A DNA stretch of 64,000 nucleotides from Octopus bimaculoides. Its lineage: Eukaryota. Below, piece by piece: positions 38,415-51,439 of this stretch. The stretch lies in contig NC_068998.1 of the NCBI RefSeq assembly GCF_001194135.2, forward strand, positions 17,185,082 through 17,249,081, read 5' to 3'. Made by a program: the position numbers and the translations under genes. Within the stretch, counting starts at the first letter, position 1, and the number at the start of each line of letters is the position of its first letter. The notes beneath the pieces were generated by a model that did not search any database, was not told the origin of the DNA, and saw only the letters and a program-made list of their open reading frames with translations.

Positions 38415-39588
38415 CAACAACAAGTAAGTAGCTATTACTACTTCTCCACTGTTAAACCAGTGCTCTCTGTTCCTATTTTTCCTGTTCCCTATTAAAAGCT
38501 TTGCTATTTCAAGTCTTAATCTCTCTCTCTCTTTCTCTCGGTCTATTGTTATCTCTCTCGATGTTTTGCAAGGTAATATTTTATACTTTTTTCTGTAATA
38601 GGAGACTTGAAAGTTGCTGACGTTGACAGATCAACTGATTTTGATTAATTCAAGCGATAAGTCATGTTTTGCAGATGCAAGTTCAAACTGCAATCACAAC
38701 CAAGTGCAGTCTTTCATGCTAGAATCAACTACAAATGATATTTCCATCACTTAATGCTCGAAAAAAAAAAAAAAAGGTGAGCTTGCCCATCCACACAATT
38801 TGATTGAGTTAACAAATAAAATTCACTCCAATCCAATCAATTGATTCCATTATAGCTGCAAAGCTTCCAGACCCTTAGGGAGAAAGAATGTTTCATGTAT
38901 TGTTAAAGCCCAGATGGATCATGGTCTCTATGGTGACATCATCATCACTATCATCATTATCATGAAATCGTCCAACCCATGCTAGCATGGAAATCGGACG
39001 TTAAACGATGATGATGATGATGATGATGATCACCATCATCATAATCATTTTAACATCCACTTTTCTATGCTTGCATGTGTCAGATGGAATTCGTTTGAGA
39101 TAGATTTTCTGCAGCTGGATGGATGCCCTACCTCTCACCAACCCTCACCTGTTTCCAAGAAAAACAATATTTCATTATGGCTGAACATGCTTTCATAGAA
39201 GACAAGAAATGAATGGCATCACTTGAATAATGGTGACACTCATTTGCAACTATCACAATGATGTCAAGATAAGGAAACACACACACACATACATACATGT
39301 ACAAACACACATAAATATGCATATACATACACATGTAGATACATGTATATGCACACACATACACACACACAGACACATACATACACACACACACACACAT
39401 ATAAGATGTTGATAGATAGCTAGGTAGATAGCTAGATAGATAAATAGATAGACAGATATATTGATAAATATACATAGAAGGTTGTTTGTTATAGCCAGTC
39501 AGAGAGTGACCATTGGTTTCACACCCATAAAGCTCTCTCTATGTATATGAACTACTGACCAATATATATATATATATGTATACATACA

Positions 39589-39669
<81 letters not shown>

Positions 39670-40362
39670 NNNNNNNNNNNNNNNNNNNNNNNNNNNNNNN
39701 NNNNNNNNNNNNNNNNNNNNNNNNNNNNNNNNNNNNNNNNNNNNNNNNNNNNNNNNNNNNNNNNNNNNNNNNNNNNNNNNNNNNNNNNNNNNNNNNNNNN
39801 NNNNNNNNNNNNNNNNNNNNNNNNNNNNNNNNNNNNNNNNNNNNNNNNNNNNNNNNNNNNNNNNNNNNNNNNNNNNNNNNNNNNNNNNNNNNNNNNNNNN
39901 NNNNNNNNNNNNNNNNNNNNNNNNNNNNNNNNNNNNNNNNNNNNNNNNNNNNNNNNNNNNNNNNNNNNNNNNNNNNNNNNNNNNNNNNNNNNNNNNNNNN
40001 NNNNNNNNNNNNNNNNNNNNNNNNNNNNNNNNNNNNNNNNNNNNNNNNNNNNNNNNNNNNNNNNNNNNNNNNNNNNNNNNNNNNNNNNNNNNNNNNNNNN
40101 NNNNNNNNNNNNNNNNNNNNNNNNNNNNNNNNNNNNNNNNNNNNNNNNNNNNNNNNNNNNNNNNNNNNNNNNNNNNNNNNNNNNNNNNNNNNNNNNNNNN
40201 NNNNNNNNNNNNNNNNNNNNNNNNNNNNNNNNNNNNNNNNNNNNNNNNNNNNNNNNNNNNNNNNNNNNNNNNNNNNNNNNNNNNNNNNNNNNNNNNNNNN
40301 NNNNNNNNNNNNNNNNNNNNNNNNNNNNNNNNNNNNNNNNNNNNNNNNNNNNNNNNNNNNNN

Positions 40363-40399
<37 letters not shown>

Positions 40400-40419
40400 T
40401 ACATATATATTTATATATA

Positions 40420-40580
40420 GTTGAAATTTACAGTAAAACAAAAGATGATGAAAACAGATGTATAAACAACAAACAGGTGTATTAGTTTAATGCTCAGGAA
40501 GGTGAGAAAGTCTTTTACGTTTCGAGCCTATGCTCTTTAACAGAAAGGAACATGAGCAAATAAACAGAGAGAGAATAAAT
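40420..40580 (-). mobile_element. Penelope-like terminal fragment P1, copy 2
   Basis: Minus strand at 40512-40547 reads CTTT-CTGTTAA-A-GAGC-ATAG-GCTC-GAAAC-GTA-AAAG. Confidence 0.6.
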
Positions 40581-40703
40581 GTATATGTGTGTGTGTATAT
40601 ACACACAAATATATAAATTTTAATATGTGAAGTATTATTACTGTTATAAACAACAATAATGAGGTGGCTAGCAAGACTTCTACCTATACAGGTACAATAT
40701 AAA

Positions 40704-41039
40704 ATAATGCAAGAAAAGAAGGGTAAAAATACCGCTTGCTAAAAATCAAAGCGACAGCTTCAGAAAACCACCAATCTTACGATAAATATATACATGAGCA
40801 ATGTAATGAATATTTTAAAAACTAGGCTTACCTTCAGAATGGAATACGAAGATAAATAATACATATCCCATATAATACATGTATTATTTATCTTTGTATT
40901 TCATTCTGAAGGTAAGCCTATTTTTTTAAATGTTCATTACATTGCTTGTGTATATATTTATTGTAAGATTTGTGGTTTTTTGAAGCTGTCACTTTGATTT
41001 TTAGCAAGCGGTATTTTTACCCTTCTTTTCTTCCATTAT
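40704..41039. repeat. Long palindrome (161-bp arms, 14-nt spacer)
   Basis: 40704-40864 versus 40879-41039; about a dozen mismatches by eye. Confidence 0.95.
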
Positions 41040-41600
41040 GTTATATATATATGATGGACTTTCTTGTCATATTAAACACATGAGGGCCAAAGAATTTTAC
41101 TTTCTTTCTTTGTACCCTATATTTTAGCATTTGTGTCTTCTGTGAGACACTAGACCTGCTCTGTCTTTGCAAACCAGACCACATCCTCTACACACAAAAT
41201 GTTGAAAGGAAACTCCAATCCATTGACCTTGCCCTAGATCACCTAAGTGCTCGATCTGGTGCCATTTTGGCAGATTTTCATCTGCCTATTATGGTCAACA
41301 GCACATTCCTCAAATTCTGATGCCTTTATTATCCAATATCTTTGATTTTTATTATTCAGCTTAGCTTTGCTTCTAAGAAGAGTTTTTCATACTCTTCACA
41401 CTCTTGCCTGGAGTTAGCCATAAGTGAGAATTTTTGGCTGAGTGAAATGAAGTGTTTTACACAAGAATACAATACATCGCCTGGTCCAGGGATTGAAACC
41501 ACAACCTTACATTTATTAGTGCAACAACCTAACCACTAATCCATGTGCCTCCACTAATATTGACACATCAATAGCATATGTCAGTTACTATCTCCCCAAA

Positions 41601-43080
41601 CTTAATGCAGAGCAAAGAGCAGGCTATTCTACTATTTAAGACTGTTTCGTCACAAGAAGTTGGAATATTGTTTTGTTGATGTTAACAGTGAAACTGGAAA
41701 GTCATTCTGTTCAGTTTATTAACATAAATGCATAATTATTACAGTTGTATTTTCAGGTGTTGCTGCCATATTCCTTCCAAGAGAGGACATACAGTTTATT
41801 CTGCTATTTCAAGTTCCGCTTGAAGCTGGGCACAAATAATGCACCTATTTGCAGCATTACCAAAAATTCGGAAATCAGACAAGATCTTAAAAGACATTGA
41901 ATGTTTGCCTGGAAAGAATGCACAACTCACAAGAGAGCTCTGGAGGCCCCGGACAGGATATTTCAGAACTTGTGAGACAATAGAGCTTAAATGGGAGAAG
42001 TAGCAGTAATATTGTCAGGTGACACCAATCAGATCCCAATTTTCCCAAAAAGAATGAAAGCCAATAAAATCCATACTTGCCTTAAATCATCATCACTTTG
42101 GACCAATGTTAAAATCTTCAAACTGTCCACAAACATCATCATCATCATTGTTTAACGTCTGTTTTCTATGTTGGCATGGGTTGGATGGTTTGACAGGAGC
42201 TGGCCAGCCAGGAAGCTGTCTTGACTCCACTTGTCTGTTGTGGCATGGTTTCTATTTCTGGATGCTCTTCCTAATGTCAATCACTTAGCAGAATGTGCTG
42301 GGTGCTTTTTACATGCCACTGGCACAAGTGCATTTATGCAGCACCAGCACGAGTGCATTTTACAGGACACTAGCACCTGTTAAAGACATACCTGTATGTA
42401 TGGATAACTGTGATTTTACTTAGCTTGATATGTCTTCTCAAGTAAACACGAGAGGCAAATGTTTTGGAGAGCATCTGTCTGGTCTTTTGGCTAAAATTTC
42501 TTATAAGTTGGAGAGGAAAGATTTCCTTCCTTCAGTAATGGCACAATGAATCCAGTAATAGCACTATGAATACAATGATTAAGACAGCAGGTGAATTTAT
42601 ATCAAAGGTGTTCCTCAATCTGCAATGTTGTTAATGAGCACAAAAGTGGCTGTGTCAGAAAGAAATTACTTGGGTCTATAACATCAACTGGCAGGTGTTG
42701 CAGATATTTCCAGGAAATAATCATACTCACTTAATCAAAAGATATTGTTGTGGGTCAGAAAGAAACGGCTCATTATCCTGCAAAATTTTAAATTCATTGG
42801 AACCTTAAAGCCTACAACACCAGTTGAAAAAGGATCCTCATAAACACTGTAGTATAATTTTGATGAGCCACAAGCCATGCATGAAGTTAAGAAGTTTATG
42901 CTACGCATCATCGAGACAACTAAATTTCACTGGATGCATCAACAGATATTGGTATGAGTTGAATTTTGGGTACAATTTCAATTTAGTAGACTTCAGTTTC
43001 CAAACAGATAATCTTTGCCATCCTTGTCAATCAATATATCACATGAACAAATATTGACAGTTGCTGGACAGCCTCTTGAG
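41601..43080 (+). pseudogene. Helitron Rep/Hel Pif1-family helicase fossil
   Basis: Colinear decayed motifs: LNAEQRA, FVD...TGKSF (Walker A), SGVAA.FLP, ECTTHKRALEA.DR, VILSGD, CLKSSSLWTNVK..KLSTN, EFISKVF..WLC, YP.KFLNSLEP and FSRLQFP..SIN. Confidence 0.85.
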
Positions 43081-45354
43081 GAATTGGTAATGGCCAGTTT
43101 CGCTAATTGATGCTTTACTAATGGCGAATCTAATGTAAGATTCCCAAGTGCTAGAAGCCACCATAATCTCTTTATTTATGCTATTGTTGAAAAAACCCAG
43201 GTACTGAGGTACTGAAATGACAATATTCATAATTACTAAGATTACGATGGGCACAGATCTAATATATAAACTGGGGCTTGTAAGGCTTGTAAAGCCTAGT
43301 GGTTAAAGAGTGTTGCACTCATGATCATAAGACCACTGTTTCTATTCCTTGACAGGACAGTGTGCAGTGTTCTTCAGCAAAACTCTTCATTTCATGTTGC
43401 TTTGGTTCACTAAGCTGTAAAAAAGTAATCCTGTGATGGACTGTAATTCCATTCAACAGAAATGTTGTGACCTCGGTTACTTATAACCCTTGGAAAACAA
43501 GTAACTGGTCCTAGTACTCAAGACAGTAGTATCCAGAGGCTCAACACAACTCTTTCTTTATTAAAGTATTGTGGTTCCAATATTTGGGTGTGTGGATTTC
43601 TTGTCAGCACTTTGGTTACTTTATTTTCAGGCGTGGCTGCATGGTTAAGAAGCTCACTTTGCAACCACATGGTTTTGGGATCAGTCCCATACTGTGACAC
43701 CTTAGGCAAGCATCTACTATAGCCCCTGGCTGACCAAAGCCTTCTGAGTGGATTTGATTGATGGAAACTGAAAGAAGCCCATCATATATATATGCGTGTA
43801 TGTGTGCGTGCATGTGTGTGTGTATACACTCATATTTTGACTTCTATTTTTCCTGTTTACATCCCCAAACCTATATATATATATATATATACACAAACAT
43901 ACACACACATATTATATGAGCGAGTGGACAAATGAAAGGGGCACTTAGCACCTTGAATAGGAGTTACATGTATTATTTAAAACAGCTTAATTCAGCTCAA
44001 TGTTGCTTCACACACACAAACACACACACACAAACAAACAAACAAACAAACAAACAAACAAACAAACTCACCCACCTTTACTGCTGCCATATCCAGACAT
44101 AGATGTCATCAGCTTCCTGTCGAGCCATGTGATCAAGGAAATTTCCCTTCTTGATGGAATTGCTGTTGCTAAGGAACTGATATTCTTTGATAATATTCTT
44201 TGACAACATCATGTGACCCACCTTGACCAAAAGCAGCATAGCTTCTACTAACCATCTTAGATTTCCTGTATCTCTTCATTCAGCAATCCAAAGCCTGAAA
44301 GAGTCGGGCTCCTGTTAAAGGTCTGTAAAACTTGAAGTTGCATGGAACTGAACCAAACGGTTTTAAATGATACACACGCACACGCACACACACACATATA
44401 TATGCATACATATACACACAAACACACATACATACATACATACGTACGTATGTACATACATATGTATGTGTGTGTGTGTGTACATGTGTTTATATCTCCT
44501 TGTTCCGACAAAGTGTGATAGTTGTAAAATGACTTTGCTGTCATAGAAGCAATGTCATTCATTTCCAATGTTCTGCAACAACATGTCTGGCCATGGGGCA
44601 ATATTACCTTGCTTGCAAGTAGATAAAGGTTGGCAACAGGAAGGGCATCAGGTTGTATAAAAATCTGCGTCAATAAAACTCCGTCCAACCCATGCAAGCA
44701 TGGAAAAACAGATTTTGAAATGATGATGATGGTAATGGCAGTGGTGGTTGTGGGTGTGGTGGTGGTAGTAGTGGTGGTTGGGGTGGTACTGCTGCTGCTC
44801 ATGATTGCGGTGGTGGTGATGGGTGACTCACCTCCTGACACTCTGGTTTCTTCTCATTTTTAAGAATTGAAGCATTTCATGAATAAAAGATAATATATTA
44901 TTCTGTTCAATAATAGTTTCAAATGAAATATAACTGTTTTCACATTTACGCAATCCTGTGTTCTTATTTAATATGCTTGAATTAGACATATGTCATTTAC
45001 AAATTAAATTATGATCTATACTATTAATAGTGAGTGCCTTCTATCTCTAGCACAGTGCATTAAACACTGGGCTATTATTAATGTATTGGAAAACAATTTT
45101 ATTTCTTACATGAAAGATAACTTTACAAGAGAAATACAACAGTGTTCCATTAGACTGAATATGCCTTCATTAAGAACAAGTCTGAGTCATTTCTAGTTAC
45201 TTTTCTTTTGGTTAATGTCCATTTTGCAATGTTGGCTTGGGGTTGGGCCCGGAGTTATAGTAAAAGACTTGTGTAAGGTACCATGCAGTGGGATTGAAAT
45301 CAAAACCATGTGGCTGTAGCAAAATAGACTACTCAGCCACATGACTATGCCTGT

Positions 45355-45740
45355 TGTTGTTGGCACTCTGTCGCTTACGACGTAAAGGGTTCCAATCGAT
45401 CCAATCAACGGAACAGCCTGCTCGTGAAATTAACGTGCAAGTGGCTGAGCACTCCACAGACACATGTACCCTTAACGTAGTTCTCGAGGATATTCAGCGT
45501 GACACAGTGTGACAAGGCTGATCCTTTTGAATTACAGGCACAACAGAAACAGGAAGTAAGAGTGAGAGAAAGTTGTGGTGGAAGAGTACAGCAGGGTTCG
45601 CCACCATCCCCTGCTGGAACCTCGTGGAGCTTTAGGTGTTTTTGCTCAATAAACACTCACAATGCCCTGTCTGGGAATCGAAACCGCGATCCTATGACCG
45701 CGAGTCCGCTGCCCTAACCACTAGGCCATTGCGCCTCCAC
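45355..45740 (-). mobile_element. SINE family C, full length, inserted into a B head
   Basis: Exact 13-bp TSD TGACTATGCCTGT at 45342-45354 and 45741-45753. Confidence 0.92.
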
Positions 45741-46097
45741 TGACTATGCCTGTACCTTCTAACAAACACACACACCCATCCCCCCCCCACACACACACAC
45801 GATGGACTCTCTCATCACAGACAACATATGAGTGTTCAGCTTTTGCCAAACAACCTTCACAAATGATTTGCTTATAGTGATCAAATGTTCGTGCCACATA
45901 TTAGCTCACTCTCTCCATCAAAACGATGTTGTCAGAACAGGTGCACGGGTGTGTTACGTGTCAGGTGTTGAAGTGATTGCAGAGTAATGTGAGATGAAGT
46001 GTTTTACTCAAGAACACAACACATCACCCAGTCTAGGAACTGAAACCATGATCTCGTGATTGTGAGTCCAACACCCTAACCACTAGGCCATGCATCC

Positions 46098-46159
<62 letters not shown>

Positions 46160-46290
46160 ACACTCACACACCTGGCTGTAGAAAATGTGCCTCAGCAAAT
46201 AATCTGAACCCATGCAAAATGGATGTTAAGATAATAACGAAAATGATGATGATGATGATGATGATATATTTATCATTTGTCCTTCTAAAT

Positions 46291-46420
46291 CAGTGGTTCT
46301 CAGCTGGGGTCCGTATGACACCTGAGGATTCATACAGAATTTTAGGGAGTCCACAGAAGCAAAATAGTAAATTGTGGGTCCACAGTAGTATTTTATGGTA
46401 CATGAAAAAATTTTGCTTTA
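46291..46420 (+). mobile_element. hAT/Charlie-like MITE end
   Basis: Starts CAGTGGTTCTCA..GGGGTCC; a related end lies on the minus strand at ~23060-23176. Confidence 0.55.
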
Positions 46421-46425
46421 GACAT

Positions 46426-46800
46426 ATAGGCAGGAGTGGCTGTGTGGTAAGTAGCTTGCTTACCAACCACATGGTTCCCGGTTCAGTCCCACTGCGTGGC
46501 ACCTTGGGCAAGTGTCTTCTACTATAGCCTCAGGCCGACCAAAGCCTTTTGAGTGGATTTGGTAGACGGAAACTGGAAGAAGCCTGTCGTATATATATAT
46601 TTGTATATGTTTGTCCCCCTACCATCGCTTGACAACCAATGCTGGTGTGTTTATGTCCCCCGTAACTTAGCGGTTTGGCTAAAGAGACCGATAGAATCAG
46701 TACTAGGCTTACAAAGAATAAGTCCTGGGGTTGATTTGCTCGACTAAAGGCGGTGCTCCAGCATGGCCGCAGTCAAATGACTGAAACAAATAAAAGAATA
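46426..46800 (+). mobile_element. SINE family B reference copy (tRNA head + CORE-like segment + microsatellite + tail)
   Basis: Least-diverged copy. Further full copies at 48263-48695 (+) and ~57920-58222 (-), plus many head-only copies. Resembles the described octopus OK/OR tRNA-SINEs; exact family not assigned. Confidence 0.9.
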
Positions 46801-49764
46801 TATATTACAAGAAACAACTAGGTGTCTTACTCTAATGCTTGACATAGTTCCACATGTTTGCAGCTACTGAAACATGTTCTCTCAGAGAGCAAACCTACAC
46901 AAGTTAATGTGTGAAAAAAACAAAATAGAAATTTCAAATGAAGTATCTATAAAACGGCGGTGGTGGTGGTGATGATGATGATGACCATGATGTCTGGAAT
47001 ACTCAGCTACTTCCATGCTGATTCATTGAGTAGACATTTCACTCAGTTGATCAAACAACTGAGTACTCAATGTTGATACTGAGGGAGATCTATTTACTTA
47101 CTTCTGGTTTGATAAAATAAATACCTGTCAGGTATTAGGACTGGATCAATTTAGACAACTGTTCACTCATTCCACCAGAACTTCTGTCTCGTGCATATGT
47201 AAGAAATAATAATTAGATTTAGTGTTATAATGATATTATTGACGAGTATGCAGCACAGTTGAACTGAAAGACGCTTGATGAACTGTTACATCTTGTGACA
47301 ATCTTCACTACCATTACTACTACAGAGAATCACTATTGTTGCTATCTTCAAAATTACCATATTTTCCAGCATACTAGTCAACATAATATATGAAGTAAAC
47401 ATGTAATGCAAATGTTCAAACATCGTCACTATCTTTCCTAACCTGTGGCATTTCACATAGAATTTTTGGTCTTCATGTATAAGTCAACCTAACTTTTTCT
47501 GGCTGTGAATTTCAATCTGAAAAATTTGACTTGTGTGCAGGAAAATATGGTAGAAATGAGATAGTGAAAAAACTTTGATATGGATCTCCTTCAAACCACC
47601 ATTTAAAAAAAATAATAGGCACATAGTCAATGTGACCCTGAGTTACCTGCATATAAGAAAACAGACAAGATGGTCACAATTAGAATTCTTTTGATCAAAG
47701 ATCTACTTGATCTGGGCTAACCTGGTGCTAAACAGCAACATTTATCTCGGATAGAGCCAGCACCAAAACATAATTGGGTTCAACCTGCAATCTTTGGTCT
47801 CATTTGGACATGGACAATGTGATCCTAAGTTATCTGCAAATAGGAAATAAAACAAGATGGTCACAGAATGTTTTTGATCATAGACATGCTGGATTTTGGC
47901 TGATCTGCTGCTGAACAACAACATCTGTCTTGGACAGAGAAAACTCTAAATAATAGTGCTTCACTTCTGACCAGATACCTGTGAGTCTTTGAATTCACTT
48001 GTGCCATATTCATCCCACCACCTCCTTATCAGTAGCAAAACAGCAAATTTGCAGAGTTATTGTTAAGTAAATGGATCTTTGTTAATTTTGATGATGAGCG
48101 TTCAACTGTTTGATCAACTGAACAACCTGCCCATTGAAGTAAGTGGCTGAACATTCTACATACATACAAGTGCAATGCTTGTATGTATGTTATAATGCTT
48201 GATTCTCAGGCAGAATCAGCATAATATAGTGTGACCAGATTTGACCTTTAAATTATAGATTTAGGTGAAGGCATGGATGTGTGGTTAAGAAGCTTGCTTT
48301 GCAGCTATGTGGTTTTGTGTTCAGTTCCACTGTACAGCACCTTGGGCAAGTCACTTCTACTGTAACTCTCGGCTAATCAATATCTTGTGAGTGAATTTGG
48401 TACATGTAAACTATGTGGAAGTCTGTCATATAGATACATACATATATATAAATGTATGTGTGTATGTATGTATGTATGTATGTATGTATGTGTGTGTCTT
48501 TTTTCATTCCTACTGGTTGACAACTGGTGTTGGCTTTTTAAATCCCTATCACTTAGCAGTTTGACAAAAGAGAATGATAGAATAAATATTAGACTTAAGA
48601 ATAAGTACTGGGGTCAATTTGTTTGACAAGACCCTCCAAGGCAGTGCTCCAGCATGACTGCAATCCAGTTAGTGAAACAAGTAAAAGATAAAAGACACAA
48701 TTTATCCACAAGGCTTCCACACATTTTCCATTGACCCAATTTCACTCACAAGGCTTGGGTTGATCTGAGGTTATGGTAAAAGACACTTGTTCAAGTTGGT
48801 CACACGGTAGGATTGAACTTGGGATCTCATGCTTGGGAAGTAATCTCCTTAACTGTTTAACCATTTGATTATATTGTACAACAGATTTGTTTGCGCATAA
48901 GACAAAATGAATCTGAGTTCAAATCCCACCAGAGTCAACTTTGTCTTTCATCTTCCATGGTTAATGAAATATAATACCACTCCAGATCAGTTGGTTGGCA
49001 GAATTGCTAGAATCGTTATCATCATCACCATTTAATGTCCATTTATCCATGCTTCCAAGGGTCAGACAGAATTTGTTGAGGCAGATTTTATACAACTGGA
49101 TGTTCTTCTTGTTGCCAACTCTCACCTGTTTCCAAACCAGGTAATATTCTCCCCACAGTTAGGCATGTTTTTCATAGAAGACTGGAAACAAGCAGGCTTG
49201 CTTGTATGATGATAATGATGGTGTGCATTTAGAATCATCATGTTATGTCTAGACAAGAGTAAACACAAAAACATACACACACAAGCATATACACATACAT
49301 ATATACATACATACATACATACATATATACATCCATACGTGTGTATGTGTGCATGTGCGCGAGTGTGTGTGTGTGTGTGTGTGTGTATTAATGTTTGCTT
49401 TTATGTTTTTATACTCAGTCTAAATAAAAAACAATTTCACATTAATCTGATGAGTTACTCTATTCTTTTGTAGAGTACAAATTTATTATTCTTAAACAAG
49501 AATGCTATTGACAGTAACTTTGTCCAGTGATGGCTTAGCTGGACGAAACTTCAAAATCAATGTCAACAACATTCTTGTATAAGAATAATAAATAAATAAA
49601 TATATATATATATATATATATATGCATAAATTTATATACATAAAGATAAGATCATTATTTAAAATACCGATCATATCAAGTGGCTAGCATGGGAATAAAA
49701 ACCTCATAGGTAATAATTATTATTAAAATTATAATCAAGGGTATCTAAAAGATATCACCATGCT

Positions 49765-49940
49765 AGATATAGCAACCAAAACTTGACTCTAAAACCACAT
49801 TAAATGTTCATACAGCACCAGGAGAGAAGACAAAGAGAAGACAAATAAACTAGCTAGTTTATTTTGTCTCTTTGTCTTCTCTCCTGGTGCTGTATGAATA
49901 CCTGATGTGGTTTTAGAGTCAAGTTTTGGCTGCTATATCT
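49765..49940. repeat. Loopless palindrome running into an assembly gap
   Basis: Centre AAACTAG|CTAGTTT at 49847-49860; ~88-bp arms with few mismatches. Confidence 0.9.
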
Positions 49941-50550
49941 NNNNNNNNNNNNNNNNNNNNNNNNNNNNNNNNNNNNNNNNNNNNNNNNNNNNNNNNNNNN
50001 NNNNNNNNNNNNNNNNNNNNNNNNNNNNNNNNNNNNNNNNNNNNNNNNNNNNNNNNNNNNNNNNNNNNNNNNNNNNNNNNNNNNNNNNNNNNNNNNNNNN
50101 NNNNNNNNNNNNNNNNNNNNNNNNNNNNNNNNNNNNNNNNNNNNNNNNNNNNNNNNNNNNNNNNNNNNNNNNNNNNNNNNNNNNNNNNNNNNNNNNNNNN
50201 NNNNNNNNNNNNNNNNNNNNNNNNNNNNNNNNNNNNNNNNNNNNNNNNNNNNNNNNNNNNNNNNNNNNNNNNNNNNNNNNNNNNNNNNNNNNNNNNNNNN
50301 NNNNNNNNNNNNNNNNNNNNNNNNNNNNNNNNNNNNNNNNNNNNNNNNNNNNNNNNNNNNNNNNNNNNNNNNNNNNNNNNNNNNNNNNNNNNNNNNNNNN
50401 NNNNNNNNNNNNNNNNNNNNNNNNNNNNNNNNNNNNNNNNNNNNNNNNNNNNNNNNNNNNNNNNNNNNNNNNNNNNNNNNNNNNNNNNNNNNNNNNNNNN
50501 NNNNNNNNNNNNNNNNNNNNNNNNNNNNNATATATATATATATATATATA

Positions 50551-51439
50551 CAGGGTGCAGTGAATAAACTGTTGTTTAAATGACGCAAAAATGAAAATAG
50601 CACTGACATCTCATTTTAACAGATATATTTACCAAAATTATATAAAAATATCTTGAAATACTAAAGAGTAAATTTATTCAATAAAATTGCCATTGGCTCC
50701 AACCACAGCCTCCAGACGACTTTGAAATCTCTTGCAAATCTTCTGGACAGTTTCTTTGTTTAAGTTGGTGAATGCTGCTATAATCTTTGCCTCCAGTTCA
50801 TCTTTGGTGTTACAAGGAGTTTTGTTGGTCTCTTGCTCAACTGCATCTCACACATAATAATCAAGGGGGTTGCCGTCTGGGGAGTTAGGGGGCCAGATTT
50901 TAGGCATGGTGTGGTCACAGAAATTGTCTGATAGCCATGTCTGGGTTCTCCTGCTTCTGTGACATAGTGCAGAGTACTGTTGCCAGATATAGGGTCTTCC
51001 AGCATCCACCTTCTTGACCCAGGGCAGCACTACTTCCTCCAGGCACTTGATGTAGGCCTCCGTATTGAGTCTGAGGTCGTGTTGGAAGATGAATGGAGGC
51101 ATAACATTGCCATCACTAATGAGCACTCCAAACACCATGATGCTGACTGGATGTTTGATTTTTATGACACTCCGTACATGTCCTTAGATTGCACTGTCCT
51201 CAGATTGACACCTAAACACTCTGAAATGTTCATATTGGAGCTTCCAGCATGAATGCCAAGTAGTACAGCATGTCATTTCCAAATTTCTGGCAGAGTAAAT
51301 TGCGTCGTGGTGCTGTTTTTCAGACAGATGGTGCCCAACTGACCCTACTATACTGTGTAGTCAACGACATCAAAAACCAACAATGCACATGCACAAAATT
51401 AAAAATATAAGATGGTGACAATTTACCCATCACACCCTG
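50551..51439 (-). mobile_element. maT-like DD37D Tc1/mariner element, internally deleted, both TIRs present
   Basis: TIRs CAGGGTG.....TAAA.TGT with TA flanks. ORF 50848-51138 reads MVFGVL..WQQ(Y)SA..WPPNSPDGNPLDYYV with 37-residue spacing; the second D is mutated. Confidence 0.92.

Noticed and set aside
41128-41320. Pyrimidine tract + AG followed by ICVFCETLDLL.. as a possible exon
   Set aside because: Poor donor site, no recognisable family; more likely repeat debris.
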